64,000 nt of DNA from an uncultured Eubacteriales bacterium (GCA_902373415.1 CABKLX010000007.1:87894-151893); one strand, 5' to 3'. Positions 27,130 to 37,635 are shown, numbered from the stretch's first letter. Notes: generated by a model from the sequence alone, not told the origin. Numbers and translations are program-made.

Positions 27130-28449
27130 ATGTTGAAAACAGTTAAATTCGGGGGAAGTTCCCTTGCGGACGCCGAACATTTCAAAAAAGCCGCGGCGAT
27201 AGTGAAAGCCGAGGACTGCCGCAGATACGCGGTCGCTTCCGCCCCGGGCAAAAGACATCCCGACGATGAAAAAGTCACCGATATGCTGATCGCACTTTCT
27301 CGCGCCGAGCAGACGGGCGAAGACCCGAAAGCCCTGCTTTCCGCGATCTCCGCGCGTTTTGCCGACATTATAAAAGGGCTTGAACTCGATTTTTCTCTTG
27401 ATGAGGATCTCGCTCTGATCGAGAGTAAAGTTTGCGACGGAACAGCCACCCGCGATTATCTCGCTTCCCGCGGCGAATATCTGAACGCGAAAGTCATGGC
27501 GGAATATCTCGGATATGATTTCATCGACGCCGCCGAGTGTATCTTTTTCGATGAAAACGGTTTCTTTGACGCGGAAAAAACAAACGTCGCTCTCGCAAAG
27601 AGACTGACGAAACACGAACGCGCCGTTCTTCCGGGGTTCTACGGCTCGACGCCCGACGGACAGGTCAAAACTTTTTCCCGCGGCGGCTCCGATGTGACGG
27701 GATCCATTCTCGCAAGAGCCTCCCGCTCCGATGTTTACGAAAACTGGACAGACGTTTCGGGAATGCTCATGGCAGATCCGCGCTGTGTAAAAGACCCGTT
27801 CCGTATCGACACGATAACTTACCGCGAGCTCCGCGAACTTTCGTACATGGGAGCGTCCGTTCTTCACGAGGACGCGATCTTTCCCGTCCGTATCGCGGGG
27901 ATTCCGATAAACATCAGAAATACCAACGCGCCCGATGACAGGGGAACCTGGATCAAGGCGTTTACGAACGAAAAACCGCTTCATGTCATAACCGGTATTG
28001 CCGGCAAAAAAGGGCTGACCGCGATCTACATCGAAAAAGAGATGATGAACAATCAGGTCGGCTTCGGCAAGGTCGTTCTTGAAATACTCGCCGATCACGG
28101 CATCGGGTTTGAACATCTGCCGTCCGGCATCGACACGATGTCCGTCATTGTCAACACCTCCGATTTTGAAGGAGAAAAGCGCGAGGTCGTTCTCAAAGCG
28201 CTTCGCGACAGACTTCATCCGGACACGATAAAGGTTCATGACGACATCGCTCTCGTCGCCGTTGTCGGCAGAGGAATGGTCAACGCCGCGGGTACAGCCG
28301 TCCGCGTTTTTTCCGCGCTCGCAAAACAGCACATCAACGTCAGAATGATAGATCAGGGCTCTTCCGAGCTCAATATAATCGTCGGAGTTGACGCGGATAA
28401 TCTTTATCCCGCGATCCGCGCGATATATTCGGAATTTGTAAGGGGGTAA
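27130..28449 (+). CDS. aspartate kinase
   Basis: 439 aa; N-term KFGGSSLADAEHFKKAA (amino-acid kinase fold) and C-terminal ACT-domain region; RBS caGGAGaagtattATG. Confidence 0.85.
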   Translation: MLKTVKFGGSSLADAEHFKKAAAIVKAEDCRRYAVASAPGKRHPDDEKVTDMLIALSRAEQTGEDPKALLSAISARFADIIKGLELDFSLDEDLALIESKVCDGTATRDYLASRGEYLNAKVMAEYLGYDFIDAAECIFFDENGFFDAEKTNVALAKRLTKHERAVLPGFYGSTPDGQVKTFSRGGSDVTGSILARASRSDVYENWTDVSGMLMADPRCVKDPFRIDTITYRELRELSYMGASVLHEDAIFPVRIAGIPINIRNTNAPDDRGTWIKAFTNEKPLHVITGIAGKKGLTAIYIEKEMMNNQVGFGKVVLEILADHGIGFEHLPSGIDTMSVIVNTSDFEGEKREVVLKALRDRLHPDTIKVHDDIALVAVVGRGMVNAAGTAVRVFSALAKQHINVRMIDQGSSELNIIVGVDADNLYPAIRAIYSEFVRG

Positions 28450-28457
28450 AGACCGAA

Positions 28458-29669
28458 ATGATAGAAAAAGCGTCGAAACTGGACAATGTCCGTTATGAAA
28501 TAAGAGGCCCCGTCCTCGATGAGGCGAACCGTATGATCGCCGACGGCGCGAAAGTTCTCAAACTCAATATCGGCAATCCCGCGCCGTTCGGATTTACCAC
28601 GCCCGAGGAGATCATCCGCGATATGCAGATGAATTTGCACGACTGCGAGGGCTATTCCGATTCAAAAGGCATTTTTTCCGCCCGTAAGGCGATAATGCAG
28701 TACTGTCAGTTGAAACAGATCCCGAACGTCGATGTCGGCGACATATACACGGGCAACGGATGCAGTGAAATGATAACGCTTTCTTTGCAGGCGCTGCTCA
28801 ATTCGGGGGACGAGATCCTTCTGCCCGCTCCCGATTATCCGCTCTGGACGGCTTCCGTCAGCCTTGCGGGCGGCAGACCCGTTCATTATATCTGCGACGA
28901 GAAGAGCAACTGGTACCCCGATCTCGCGGATATCGAGAGCAAGATAACGCCGAAAACGAAAGGCATCGTCGTCATCAACCCGAACAATCCGACGGGCGTT
29001 CTTTATCCGAAGGAAGTTCTTGAAGGCATCGTCGACATCGCGCGCAGACACGGTCTTGTCATCTTCGCCGATGAGATATACGACCGTCTCGTTTTCGACG
29101 GCAAAAAACACTTCGCGATCGCTTCTCTCGCGCCCGACCTTTTCTGCGTCAACATAAACGGACTTTCAAAATCTCACCGTATGGCGGGCTTCCGTTGCGG
29201 TTGGATGTGCCTGAGCGGTCCGAAAGAGGACGCGAAAAGTTACATCGAGGGGCTGAACCTGCTTTCGTCCATGCGTCTTTGCTCGAACGTTCCCGCGCAG
29301 TCGATCATTCAGACGGCGCTCGGAGGCAGACAGAGCGCCGACGATCTGCTTCTCCCCGGAGGCAGGCTTTTCGATCAGCGTGAAGTCATCTATAACGAAC
29401 TCTCCGCGATCGACGGTATCAGCGTTGTCAGACCCGACGCGGCGTTTTACATCTTCCCGAAGATCGACACGCAGAAGATACATATCCGCAACGACGAGAA
29501 ATTCGCGATAGATCTTTTGAAGCAGAAGTATGTTCTGATCTCTCACGGAACGGGTTTCAATATGCCCGAACCGGGCTATTTCCGCATCGTCTATCTGCCC
29601 GAGAAGGAGATCCTGAAAGAGGCGTGCGTGAGACTGAAAGACTTTTTGGCGCATTACGCTCAGTTCTGA
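28458..29669 (+). CDS. class I/II PLP-dependent aminotransferase (alanine aminotransferase AlaA-like)
   Basis: 403 aa; LKLNIGNPAPFGF…; PLP-lysine region SKSHRMAGFRCGW; NPNNPTG motif. Confidence 0.8.
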   Translation: MIEKASKLDNVRYEIRGPVLDEANRMIADGAKVLKLNIGNPAPFGFTTPEEIIRDMQMNLHDCEGYSDSKGIFSARKAIMQYCQLKQIPNVDVGDIYTGNGCSEMITLSLQALLNSGDEILLPAPDYPLWTASVSLAGGRPVHYICDEKSNWYPDLADIESKITPKTKGIVVINPNNPTGVLYPKEVLEGIVDIARRHGLVIFADEIYDRLVFDGKKHFAIASLAPDLFCVNINGLSKSHRMAGFRCGWMCLSGPKEDAKSYIEGLNLLSSMRLCSNVPAQSIIQTALGGRQSADDLLLPGGRLFDQREVIYNELSAIDGISVVRPDAAFYIFPKIDTQKIHIRNDEKFAIDLLKQKYVLISHGTGFNMPEPGYFRIVYLPEKEILKEACVRLKDFLAHYAQF

Positions 29670-29689
29670 TAATATTATACAGCATGAAA

Positions 29690-29727
29690 AAACGGTTTTG
29701 GAGAATAAAGTCTCCGAAACCGTTTTT
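29690..29727. terminator. bidirectional rho-independent terminator between convergent genes
   Basis: AAACGGTTTTGGAGA ataaag TCTCCGAAACCGTTT flanked by an A-run and a T-run. Confidence 0.75.
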
Positions 29728-29814
29728 AATGCTTTTTTTCGTGATTTTTTTCGGCTGAAAACGCCTTTTCCGTCCCATGTCGGGCGAAAGAAAAAGTTTT
29801 TCGCCGCGAGGCGT

Positions 29815-30363
29815 TTATTTTGAGTATACCTCGGGTTTAAGCACGCCGATATAGGGGAGCGCGCGGAATCTTTCGTTGTAGTCAAGTCCGTATCCGACAA
29901 CGAATTCGTCGGGAATGATCTTGCCGACATAGTCGGGCGTGAAGTCAACGACGCGGCGCGACGGCTTGTCGAGCAACGTGCAGGTCCTGACCGAACGCGC
30001 ACCTTTCAGTTTAAGATAATCTATCAGATACGAAAGCGTTCTTCCGCTGTCGATAATATCTTCGACAACGAGCAGATCGCATTTCGCGATGTCCTCGCGC
30101 ATGAGATCGAGAATGATGTTGACGTGACCCGACGAGACTGTTTCGCCGCCGTAAGACGAAACGCGCATGAAATCGATCTCAACGGGGATCGTCAGCCTTT
30201 TCATCAGATCGCCCATGAAAACGACCGAGCCTTTCAGAATGCAGACAAGAACGAGTTTTCTGTCTTCTCCGATATAATCGACGTCGATTTCGTGAGCAAT
30301 GCGCGAAACTATCTCGTTCAACTCTTCCGTGTCGATGAGTACCTTTTCAATTTCTCCTATCAT
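29815..30363 (-). CDS. hpt: hypoxanthine phosphoribosyltransferase
   Basis: 182 aa; PRPP-binding motif LLVVEDIIDSGRTL; typical Hpt length and N-terminus. Confidence 0.9.
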   Translation of the reverse strand: MIGEIEKVLIDTEELNEIVSRIAHEIDVDYIGEDRKLVLVCILKGSVVFMGDLMKRLTIPVEIDFMRVSSYGGETVSSGHVNIILDLMREDIAKCDLLVVEDIIDSGRTLSYLIDYLKLKGARSVRTCTLLDKPSRRVVDFTPDYVGKIIPDEFVVGYGLDYNERFRALPYIGVLKPEVYSK

Positions 30364-30503
30364 TCTTTCCTCTCCCCGATAATATCATATTCTCTTTTCG
30401 CGTATAAACAGGCGCAGGAACATTATAGCACAGCGCGAAAGCATTTTCAAGGTCTGACGGCGAATTTTGTTTTTTTTATATCAAAAAGACCGACCGTCGC
30501 GGG

Positions 30504-31163
30504 TTAGACGTTTTTCGGCAGCCGCGACCGAAGATCTCCGAGATGCGCGTCATATCCGAGTGTTTCGATCCGAAAACCGTCCGCGCCGTGAAAAACGACG
30601 GTGACGGAAGCGTTTGAGACCCAATCGACCTCTTTCATCTTTTCAACGGGAAGCCCCGAAAGAAACGCGGTCATCGCTCTTATCGCCGCGCCGTGGGAGG
30701 TCAGAAGCACCGTTTTTCCCTTGTTTTCCCCGACGATGTCGCACAGCGCCGCAGACACCCGCCCGTACACCTCTTTCAGGCTTTCTCCGCCTGTGCAGAC
30801 GGCTCTTCCGATATCCGTCAGCCAAACGCCGTAATCCGCGGCATAGACTTTTTCGATCTCATCAAAGGGCATATTTTCCCATTTCCCGGCATATACCTCC
30901 GCGATGCGCGGCTCTTTTTCGATCCCGAGCCCCGGATGGAACGCGACGATCTGTCTGCAGGTGTCGAGCGCTCTGCGGAGCGGACTTGAATACGCGCGGT
31001 CGATATGCTCGTTTTTCAGCAATTCGCCCGTCAGCCTTGCCTGCTCGACGCCTCTGTCGGTCAGATCGAGATCGGTCCTTCCCAAAAATCTTTTTGAAAG
31101 ATTCCCGACGCTCTGCCCGTGGCGGACGATCAGTATTTTCGTCCTTTCTCCGTTTTCGTTCAT
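30504..31163 (-). CDS. histidine phosphatase (phosphoglycerate-mutase-like) family protein
   Basis: start at MNENGERTKILIVRHGQS (RHG catalytic motif) with RBS GGAGGAtttcaaatcATG; second His in …LTSHGAAIRAM…. Confidence 0.8.
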   Translation of the reverse strand: MNENGERTKILIVRHGQSVGNLSKRFLGRTDLDLTDRGVEQARLTGELLKNEHIDRAYSSPLRRALDTCRQIVAFHPGLGIEKEPRIAEVYAGKWENMPFDEIEKVYAADYGVWLTDIGRAVCTGGESLKEVYGRVSAALCDIVGENKGKTVLLTSHGAAIRAMTAFLSGLPVEKMKEVDWVSNASVTVVFHGADGFRIETLGYDAHLGDLRSRLPKNV

Positions 31164-31333
31164 GATTTGAAATCCTCCGAAATTGCTTTCCCGAATATCA
31201 TACCACGGCCGCCGCGGAATGTCAACGGGGAAAATAAAATTCACTGTTCGGGTATTGCAAAAAAATGAAATATCTGCTATAATCAACTCATAAGATCATT
31301 ATAGCTAATATATAAACGGAAAAGGAGAACATT

Positions 31334-32668
31334 ATGGGACTTATCAAAGCGGGTATAGGCGCGCTCGGCGGAACTCTTGCCGACCAGTGGAAGGAATTTT
31401 TCTATTGCGATTCCATCGATAAGGAAGTCCTTGTCGTAAAAGGACAGAAGAGAACTTCCGGACGTTCCTCGAACACAAAGGGAAACGACAACATCATTTC
31501 CAACGGATCGGGCATCGCCGTCGCCGACGGTCAGTGCATGATCATCGTTGAACAGGGCAAAGTCGTTGAGGTCTGTGCGGAGCCCGGTGAGTTTACTTAT
31601 GACACTTCGACCGAACCGAGCATTTTTGCCGGCAGTCTCGGTCAGAGCATAAAAGACACTTTCAAAACCATCGGAAAACGTTTTACTTACGGCGGCGATA
31701 CCGGAAAGGATCAGAGGGTCTATTATTTTAACCTCAAAGAGATCATCGACAACAAGTTCGGAACACCCAACCCGATCCCGTTCCGCGTCGTTGACTCAAA
31801 GATAGGGCTTGACGTGGATGTTTCCATACGCTGTTCCGGCGTTTATTCATATAAGATCGCGGATCCGTTGCTTTTCTATACGAATGTCTGCGGAAACGTG
31901 ACCGACGAATACAGACGCGAAGAGATAGACACACAGCTCAAACAGGAGTTTATCAGTTCGTTGCAGCCCGCTTTCGGTAGACTTTCCGAACTCGAACTCC
32001 GCCCCAACCAGATCGTTACCCACAACACCGATCTCGAAAACGCGATGAACGAAACTCTGACCGCGAAGTGGGGACAGTTGCGCGGACTTCAGATCGTCAG
32101 CATCGCTCTCGGTTCCGTAACACTTCCGGACGAAGATGCGGAAATGATCAAACAGGCTCAGCGCACGGCGATCATGCGCGATCCGACAATGGCCGCGGCG
32201 ACTCTCGTCGGCGCTCAGGCGGACGCGATGAAAGCGGCGGCTTCAAACGAAGCGGGTGCGATGACGGGATTCCTCGGCATGGGTATGGCGATGAACACCG
32301 GCGCGGCTCAGAACGCGCAGAATCTGTTTGCAATGGGTCAGCAACAGCAGGCACAGCAGGCACAGGCACAGCCCGCTCAACCCGCGGCTCCCGCGCAGGA
32401 CACATGGAAATGTCCCGGATGCGGCGCGACGGCTTCCGGAAAATTCTGCACCGAATGCGGAACGAAGAGACCCGAGAACGATTCGTGGACGTGCGTCTGC
32501 GGCGCGGTCAACAAGGGCAAATTCTGTCAGAACTGCGGCGCGAAGAGACCCGAGGCGAAAGCGGCGTTCCGTTGCAATAAGTGCGGATGGGAGCCGGAAG
32601 ATCCGACAAATCCGCCGAAGTTCTGCCCCGAGTGCGGAGACCCTTTCAACGACGAGGATAAAAGATAA
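31334..32668 (+). CDS. SPFH (band-7/stomatin-like) domain protein with C-terminal tandem zinc ribbons
   Basis: 444 aa; SPFH-like core; Gln/Ala-rich linker; four CxxC…CxxC ribbons (WKCPGCG…FCTECG, WTCVCG…FCQNCG, FRCNKCG…FCPECG). Confidence 0.7.
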   Translation: MGLIKAGIGALGGTLADQWKEFFYCDSIDKEVLVVKGQKRTSGRSSNTKGNDNIISNGSGIAVADGQCMIIVEQGKVVEVCAEPGEFTYDTSTEPSIFAGSLGQSIKDTFKTIGKRFTYGGDTGKDQRVYYFNLKEIIDNKFGTPNPIPFRVVDSKIGLDVDVSIRCSGVYSYKIADPLLFYTNVCGNVTDEYRREEIDTQLKQEFISSLQPAFGRLSELELRPNQIVTHNTDLENAMNETLTAKWGQLRGLQIVSIALGSVTLPDEDAEMIKQAQRTAIMRDPTMAAATLVGAQADAMKAAASNEAGAMTGFLGMGMAMNTGAAQNAQNLFAMGQQQQAQQAQAQPAQPAAPAQDTWKCPGCGATASGKFCTECGTKRPENDSWTCVCGAVNKGKFCQNCGAKRPEAKAAFRCNKCGWEPEDPTNPPKFCPECGDPFNDEDKR

Positions 32669-32679
32669 AGGAGGACACC

Positions 32680-33768
32680 ATGTCAACCTTGCTTGAATAT
32701 AAATGCCCGTGTTGCGGCGGTGCGATCTCTTTTGACAGCGAACTTCAAAAACTCAAATGCCCTTACTGCGACACCGAATTCGAGGTCGAGACCCTGCGTT
32801 CGTACGACGATGATCTGAAAAAAGAGATCCCCGACGATATGAAATGGCAGACCGAGGCGGGGCGGGAGTGGCAGGAGGGCGAAGCCGAGGGAATGCGCGT
32901 CTATGTCTGCGATTCCTGCGGCGGAGAGATCGTCTGCGACGCGAACACCGCGGCGACGAGTTGTCCTTACTGCGGCAATCCCGTCGTCATGAAAGGCAAT
33001 CTGAGCGGATTTCTGAAACCCGATTACATAATTCCGTTCAAACTCGATAAAAAGGCGGCGAAGGAGGGCTTCCTGAAACATTTGAAGGGAAAGCGCCTGC
33101 TTCCGAAAGTCTTTAAGAGCGAAAATCATATCGACGAGATAAAAGGCGTATATGTTCCGTTCTGGCTGTTTGACACGGATGTAAGCGCGGATATCCGATA
33201 CAGGGCGACGCGCGTGAGGACTTGGAGCGACAGCAGGAACGATTACACGGAAACGAGTTATTACTCCGTTTACAGAAGCGGCGACATCTCGTTCTCGAAA
33301 GTTCCGGTCGACGGCTCTTCAAAGATGGCGGACGATCTGATGGAATCCGTCGAACCGTTTGATTTCGGCGAGGCGAAGGAATTCGCAACGGCGTATTTTG
33401 CAGGTTATCTTGCGGATAAATACGATGTTGACGCGGCGCAGAGCATCGAAAGAGCGAACGAGCGCGTCAAGAGAAGCACCGAGCAGGAGTTTGAAAAGAC
33501 CGTTGTCGGATATGCGACGGTCACTCCCGAAAACAGCAGTATAAGACTTTCAAACGGCGTCGCAAAGTATGCGATGTATCCCGTTTGGCTGTTGAATACG
33601 ACTTGGAAAGATCAGAAGTTCACGTTTGCGATGAACGGTCAGACGGGCAAGTTCGTCGGAAATCTGCCGCTTGACAAGGGCGCGTTTTTCAGGTGGTTCC
33701 TGTCTCTCGGCGGCATCCTGAGCGCGGCGGCACTCGGCATCGGACTTCTTGTCCACTATCTGTTTTGA
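32680..33768 (+). CDS. zinc-ribbon protein with C-terminal membrane anchor (hypothetical)
   Basis: 362 aa; N-terminal YKCPCCGG…KCPYCD and VCDSCGG…SCPYCGN ribbons; C-terminal TM LSLGGILSAAALGIGLLVHYLF. Confidence 0.6.
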   Translation: MSTLLEYKCPCCGGAISFDSELQKLKCPYCDTEFEVETLRSYDDDLKKEIPDDMKWQTEAGREWQEGEAEGMRVYVCDSCGGEIVCDANTAATSCPYCGNPVVMKGNLSGFLKPDYIIPFKLDKKAAKEGFLKHLKGKRLLPKVFKSENHIDEIKGVYVPFWLFDTDVSADIRYRATRVRTWSDSRNDYTETSYYSVYRSGDISFSKVPVDGSSKMADDLMESVEPFDFGEAKEFATAYFAGYLADKYDVDAAQSIERANERVKRSTEQEFEKTVVGYATVTPENSSIRLSNGVAKYAMYPVWLLNTTWKDQKFTFAMNGQTGKFVGNLPLDKGAFFRWFLSLGGILSAAALGIGLLVHYLF

Positions 33769-33782
33769 GGAGGGAAGCGAAT

Positions 33783-34559
33783 ATGAAAAAGAAACTGTTT
33801 TCGTTCGTTGTCCTTCTCGCGGTTATTATGACTTTCGCCGTTCCCGCATTCGCGGAGGCATCCTATGTCGGGCGAGTGTTCGACAACGCGGGTTTTATCA
33901 ATTACGAAGATCTTGAAGCGCTTCAAGGAAAACTCTACGATTATTACGACGAATACGGAACGGAATTTCTCGTATGGACCGATACGGCGGATTTTGAAGT
34001 GAGCGAGGAATCTGTCGAGGATCTGGCCGATTCGATTTACGATGAAATGTTCGACGGAGAACCCGGCAATGAATGCGTTATTCTCGTTGTCATTGACGAC
34101 ACTCTCGAAAAGGATTACGCGTATATCTACACTTCGGGAGAAAAAACGAGGAAAGCGATAAGCGATGACGCCGTTCCTTATCTCCTGGGCGAGTTGAAGA
34201 GCGGAGGAAAATCCGACCGTTTCATGCTTTTCGCCGACGCGTGCGGAACGCTTCTTGCCGATTACGCCGCAACGGGGAAAGAATATAAAGCGCCGTTTGA
34301 ATGGGGAAAAGCCATTCTGATCTCCCTCGTCATCGGTTTTGTCATCGCGATCATCGTCGTTCTGGTGATGAAGGGCAAACTGAAATCCGTCCGCATGAAG
34401 GACAACGCGACCGATTACACCGTGCCCGGCAGTATGAATATCACGGATGGACACGAGTTGTATCTTTACAGCACGGTCGTAGCGACTCCGAAACCGCGGA
34501 ACGATTCTTCTTCCGGTTCGGGCGGTTCGTCTCACGGCGGAGGCGGCGGAAGAGTATAA
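33783..34559 (+). CDS. TPM-domain protein (YgcG-like) with signal peptide, C-terminal TM and Gly-rich tail
   Basis: start at MKKKLFSFVVLLAVIMTFAVPAFA with RBS GGAGGGAagcgaatATG; TPM-like core; TM LISLVIGFVIAIIVVLV; tail SSGSGGSSHGGGGGRV. Confidence 0.65.
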   Translation: MKKKLFSFVVLLAVIMTFAVPAFAEASYVGRVFDNAGFINYEDLEALQGKLYDYYDEYGTEFLVWTDTADFEVSEESVEDLADSIYDEMFDGEPGNECVILVVIDDTLEKDYAYIYTSGEKTRKAISDDAVPYLLGELKSGGKSDRFMLFADACGTLLADYAATGKEYKAPFEWGKAILISLVIGFVIAIIVVLVMKGKLKSVRMKDNATDYTVPGSMNITDGHELYLYSTVVATPKPRNDSSSGSGGSSHGGGGGRV

Positions 34560-34600
34560 GAGTCTGCCGTTTTGCGGATAAACGATAGTATACTGCGATA

Positions 34601-34640
34601 TTGTGTATATGTCCCCGCGACGCATTATGCGCCGCGGGGA
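34601..34640 (+). terminator. rho-independent terminator after the TPM gene
   Basis: tccccgcgacgcattatgcgccgcgggga followed by atgatttt; a second bidirectional hairpin agagaccttcccgaaaaggtctct lies at about 34808-34842. Confidence 0.6.
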
Positions 34641-35083
34641 ATGATTTTGCGCCGAAGATTTTTCCGTTCGGAACGCGGTCACGGAAACAAAACGTGATTT
34701 TTTGAAGGAATTGACCCGATCGCACATTTACGGCGTGCTTGCGGCGGAAAGAGAAAATATATCTCGAAAGAGAGGGGAGAACGGACGGCACGGCGGTCTT
34801 GAAAATAAAAAAGAGACCTTCCCGAAAAGGTCTCTCTTTTATAAGTGAGGATATTCAAACTTTCGGAAGGATTTATCGGGTGCATTCAGCCGCACCGTTC
34901 TCCTTCCCGGTCGTCTATGAATCCAGTATACCATATATTTATTACATAATTGCAAAAGCAGAAAAAATATAATAAAAGTATCGCATTTTTTTACGATTTA
35001 CATAAAGTTTGCATAAGGGTGTCTTTTTTGCCCGAATTATATATTAAAATCAGTATAGATATATTATCGGAAAGGGGAACGGT

Positions 35084-35488
35084 ATGTCTGAAAAAGCCGG
35101 GTGTTTCAGCGTTTCCGAAAACTTTGACACAAAAGCGCTCGCCGAACGCGCTTCGCGGGAAATGAGCGCGATGGGATATGACGTAAAACTCGAAAAGACC
35201 GAAAAAGGTTTTCGCGTCGCTTACGAAAAGGATATCGGGGGCATGGACACTTTTCTCGGCAGATGGCAGAATTCCGTCGCCGAAATTGAAAACAGCGGCG
35301 GCGATCTGAAAGTCTCTTTTCACGGACACCGCGTTGCGGACAAACTGATCGCGTTTGTTCTCGGCGGCTTTTTCTGGGGTTTTCCGTGGCTTTTCGAGGG
35401 GATTGCCGTTCACAATCGTCGGCGTTCGGAGCAGATATTCCTGAATGTCATCTCCGTATATGTAAGCTCGACAAAAGAGGACGATTGA
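35084..35488 (+). CDS. hypothetical protein
   Basis: 134 aa; RBS aaaGGGGaacggtATG; one hydrophobic segment (LIAFVLGGFFWGFPWLF). Confidence 0.45.
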   Translation: MSEKAGCFSVSENFDTKALAERASREMSAMGYDVKLEKTEKGFRVAYEKDIGGMDTFLGRWQNSVAEIENSGGDLKVSFHGHRVADKLIAFVLGGFFWGFPWLFEGIAVHNRRRSEQIFLNVISVYVSSTKEDD

Positions 35489-35647
35489 CGCCCTTCTGCG
35501 TGAAAAGACGAAGAATTGCGGCGAAATGAAGATTTGTGCGACGGCGTTCGTCATAAAATAACGCTTTATTTTCTCGGTTTTTGTCAAAGAATGTCGAGAT
35601 GTGTCGAAAAACGGGGAAACGTGATGAAATCCGTCGAACGGAATGTG

Positions 35648-35676
35648 TTGCAAAAACGCGAAAACCGTTGTATAAT
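35648..35676 (+). promoter_or_regulatory. sigma-A promoter (TTGCAA-17-TATAAT) with ~110-nt structured leader
   Basis: gTTGCAAaaacgcgaaaaccgttgTATAATcgg; leader contains two hairpins (atcggag…ctcccgat; cccgatc cgatg gatcggg). Confidence 0.55.
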
Positions 35677-35786
35677 CGGAGCGTAAGTATCGGAGAACCG
35701 TAAATTTTCGGATCTCGCGGCTCCCGATACCGAAAATACGCCCGATCCGATGATCGGGGTCGGGAAATGTGTAAAAGGAGAAAGTT

Positions 35787-37484
35787 ATGGTTATAAGAGA
35801 TCTGTTTTGCGAGCGATTCGGCTCAAAGGATTACCGTGACGACAGGGTAATCGATTATATCTATCCGAAAAAAATACTGCTGTCCGGCTCCGCGGAAGAG
35901 CCCGAGGCGCTTCTCGACCCGTCTTCCGCGCAGGCGACGCTTGAAAGCGGAAAAGCCTGCGTGCTGAAAAAAGACGGATTTGTTCTTATCGATTTCGGCT
36001 TTGAGATGCAGGGCGGGATCCAGATAGTTACCGATATTTGGGAATATGACACCGACAACACCGCCCGCGTGCGCGTCCGTTTCGGCGAAAGCGCAATGGA
36101 GTGTATGGCTGACTCCGCTCCCGAGAAACGCGGAAGGAAAAACGCGACGAACGATCACGCGATACGTGACGGGATCCACCTTGTGAGCTGGCTCGGAATG
36201 ACCGAGATCGGAAACACGGGCTTCCGTTTCGTCCGTATAGATCTTCTTGACGATATAAGTCTGCCTCTGAAATGCGTCCGCGCGAAATTTCAGTACAGGG
36301 ATCTCAAATATCTCGGCTCGTTTGAATGCGACGACGAGCGGCTGAACGATATATGGAAGACCGCGGCTTATACCGTTCAACTCAATATGCAGGAATACGT
36401 CTGGGACGGCGTCAAGCGCGACAGACTTGTCTGGATCGGCGATATGCATCCCGAAACGTCCACAATACAGTATATTTTCGGCGATCAAAAATGCGTCCGC
36501 GACAGCCTTGACCTGATCCGCGACAACACGCCGCTTCCGAACGTAATGAACGGCATTCCCGCTTATTCGCTCTGGTGGCTTCTGATACATCACGACCGCT
36601 TTATCCATTACGGAGATCTTGAATATCTCGAACAGCAGCATTCTTACATAACCGAATTGCTTCATTATTTCAGCGGCTATATAACCGAGACGGGAGAGAT
36701 CTCGATCGAAAACTGCTTCCTCGACTGGCCGTCCTCGACGAATCCCGACGGACAGCGGGCTGGCGTGCACGCCCTTTTCTGCCTTGTCTGCGACGGCTGC
36801 GCGGAAATGCTCGACGCTCTTTCGGACGTCAGAGAGGCTGATTTTGCGCGTCTCTGCGCGGAGCAACTCAGAAAGTACCGTTATCCTCACAACGGGCTCA
36901 AACAGGCGCTTGCGCTTCAGGTCCTTGCGGGGCTTGCCGATCCGAACGACGCGTATGACGAACTCCTCGGAAAGGACGGCGTTCACGGCTTTTCGACCTT
37001 CCTCGGTTATTATATCCTGAAAGCGCTCGGCGAAGCCGACAAAACAGATTTCGCGCTCGATTGCATCCGCGATTATTGGGGCGGAATGCTCGACCTCGGC
37101 GCGACGACCTTCTGGGAGGATTTCGACATCGACTGGACGAAGAATTGTTCGCGCATCGACGAGATCCTGCCTGCCGATTCGGAAAAATCGGATATACACG
37201 GCGATTTCGGCGGATATTGCTACGTCGGCTACCGTCACAGTTTCTGCCACGGGTGGGCGAGCGGTCCCGCACCGTTCCTCATGGAATATGTCCTCGGCGT
37301 CAGACCGATAGAGGCGGGCAGCAGAGAAGTGCTTATAAGCCCGTCGCTCGGCGATCTGAAATACGCAAAAGGCTCTGTTCCGACGCCTTACGGCGTGATC
37401 GAGGTCAGCCATACAAAAATGCCCGACGGCGGCGTAAAGACAACATACAACGCGCCCGACGGGATCGAGGTCGTTCTCGGTTAA
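35787..37484 (+). CDS. six-hairpin glycosidase, alpha-L-rhamnosidase-like (GH78-related clan)
   Basis: 565 aa; VWDGVKRDRLVWIGDMHPE motif typical of rhamnosidase-like (alpha/alpha)6 catalytic domains; RBS AAGGAGaaagttATG; the longer antisense ORF has no homology. Confidence 0.6.
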   Translation: MVIRDLFCERFGSKDYRDDRVIDYIYPKKILLSGSAEEPEALLDPSSAQATLESGKACVLKKDGFVLIDFGFEMQGGIQIVTDIWEYDTDNTARVRVRFGESAMECMADSAPEKRGRKNATNDHAIRDGIHLVSWLGMTEIGNTGFRFVRIDLLDDISLPLKCVRAKFQYRDLKYLGSFECDDERLNDIWKTAAYTVQLNMQEYVWDGVKRDRLVWIGDMHPETSTIQYIFGDQKCVRDSLDLIRDNTPLPNVMNGIPAYSLWWLLIHHDRFIHYGDLEYLEQQHSYITELLHYFSGYITETGEISIENCFLDWPSSTNPDGQRAGVHALFCLVCDGCAEMLDALSDVREADFARLCAEQLRKYRYPHNGLKQALALQVLAGLADPNDAYDELLGKDGVHGFSTFLGYYILKALGEADKTDFALDCIRDYWGGMLDLGATTFWEDFDIDWTKNCSRIDEILPADSEKSDIHGDFGGYCYVGYRHSFCHGWASGPAPFLMEYVLGVRPIEAGSREVLISPSLGDLKYAKGSVPTPYGVIEVSHTKMPDGGVKTTYNAPDGIEVVLG

Positions 37485-37635
37485 ACGGCAGAACGGTAAA
37501 AACAAATTTATATGCGGCGGGGCTTCCGAAAGAAAGCTCCGCCGATGTTCACGAAAAATTCTCTTTCGTTTTCAAATTTATTCTTTCGGGAGTATTGACA
37601 AACAAAAAAAAATCTGCTATACTTTATAAGCGCTT

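Noticed and set aside
27061-28332. 423-aa antisense ORF within aspartokinase
   Set aside because: The sense strand has unmistakable aspartokinase motifs; the antisense frame lacks any.
35823-37505. 560-aa minus-strand ORF covering the rhamnosidase-like gene
   Set aside because: It is almost co-extensive with the plus-strand ORF, but only the plus strand carries the conserved DGxKRDRLVWxGD six-hairpin motif and a good RBS.
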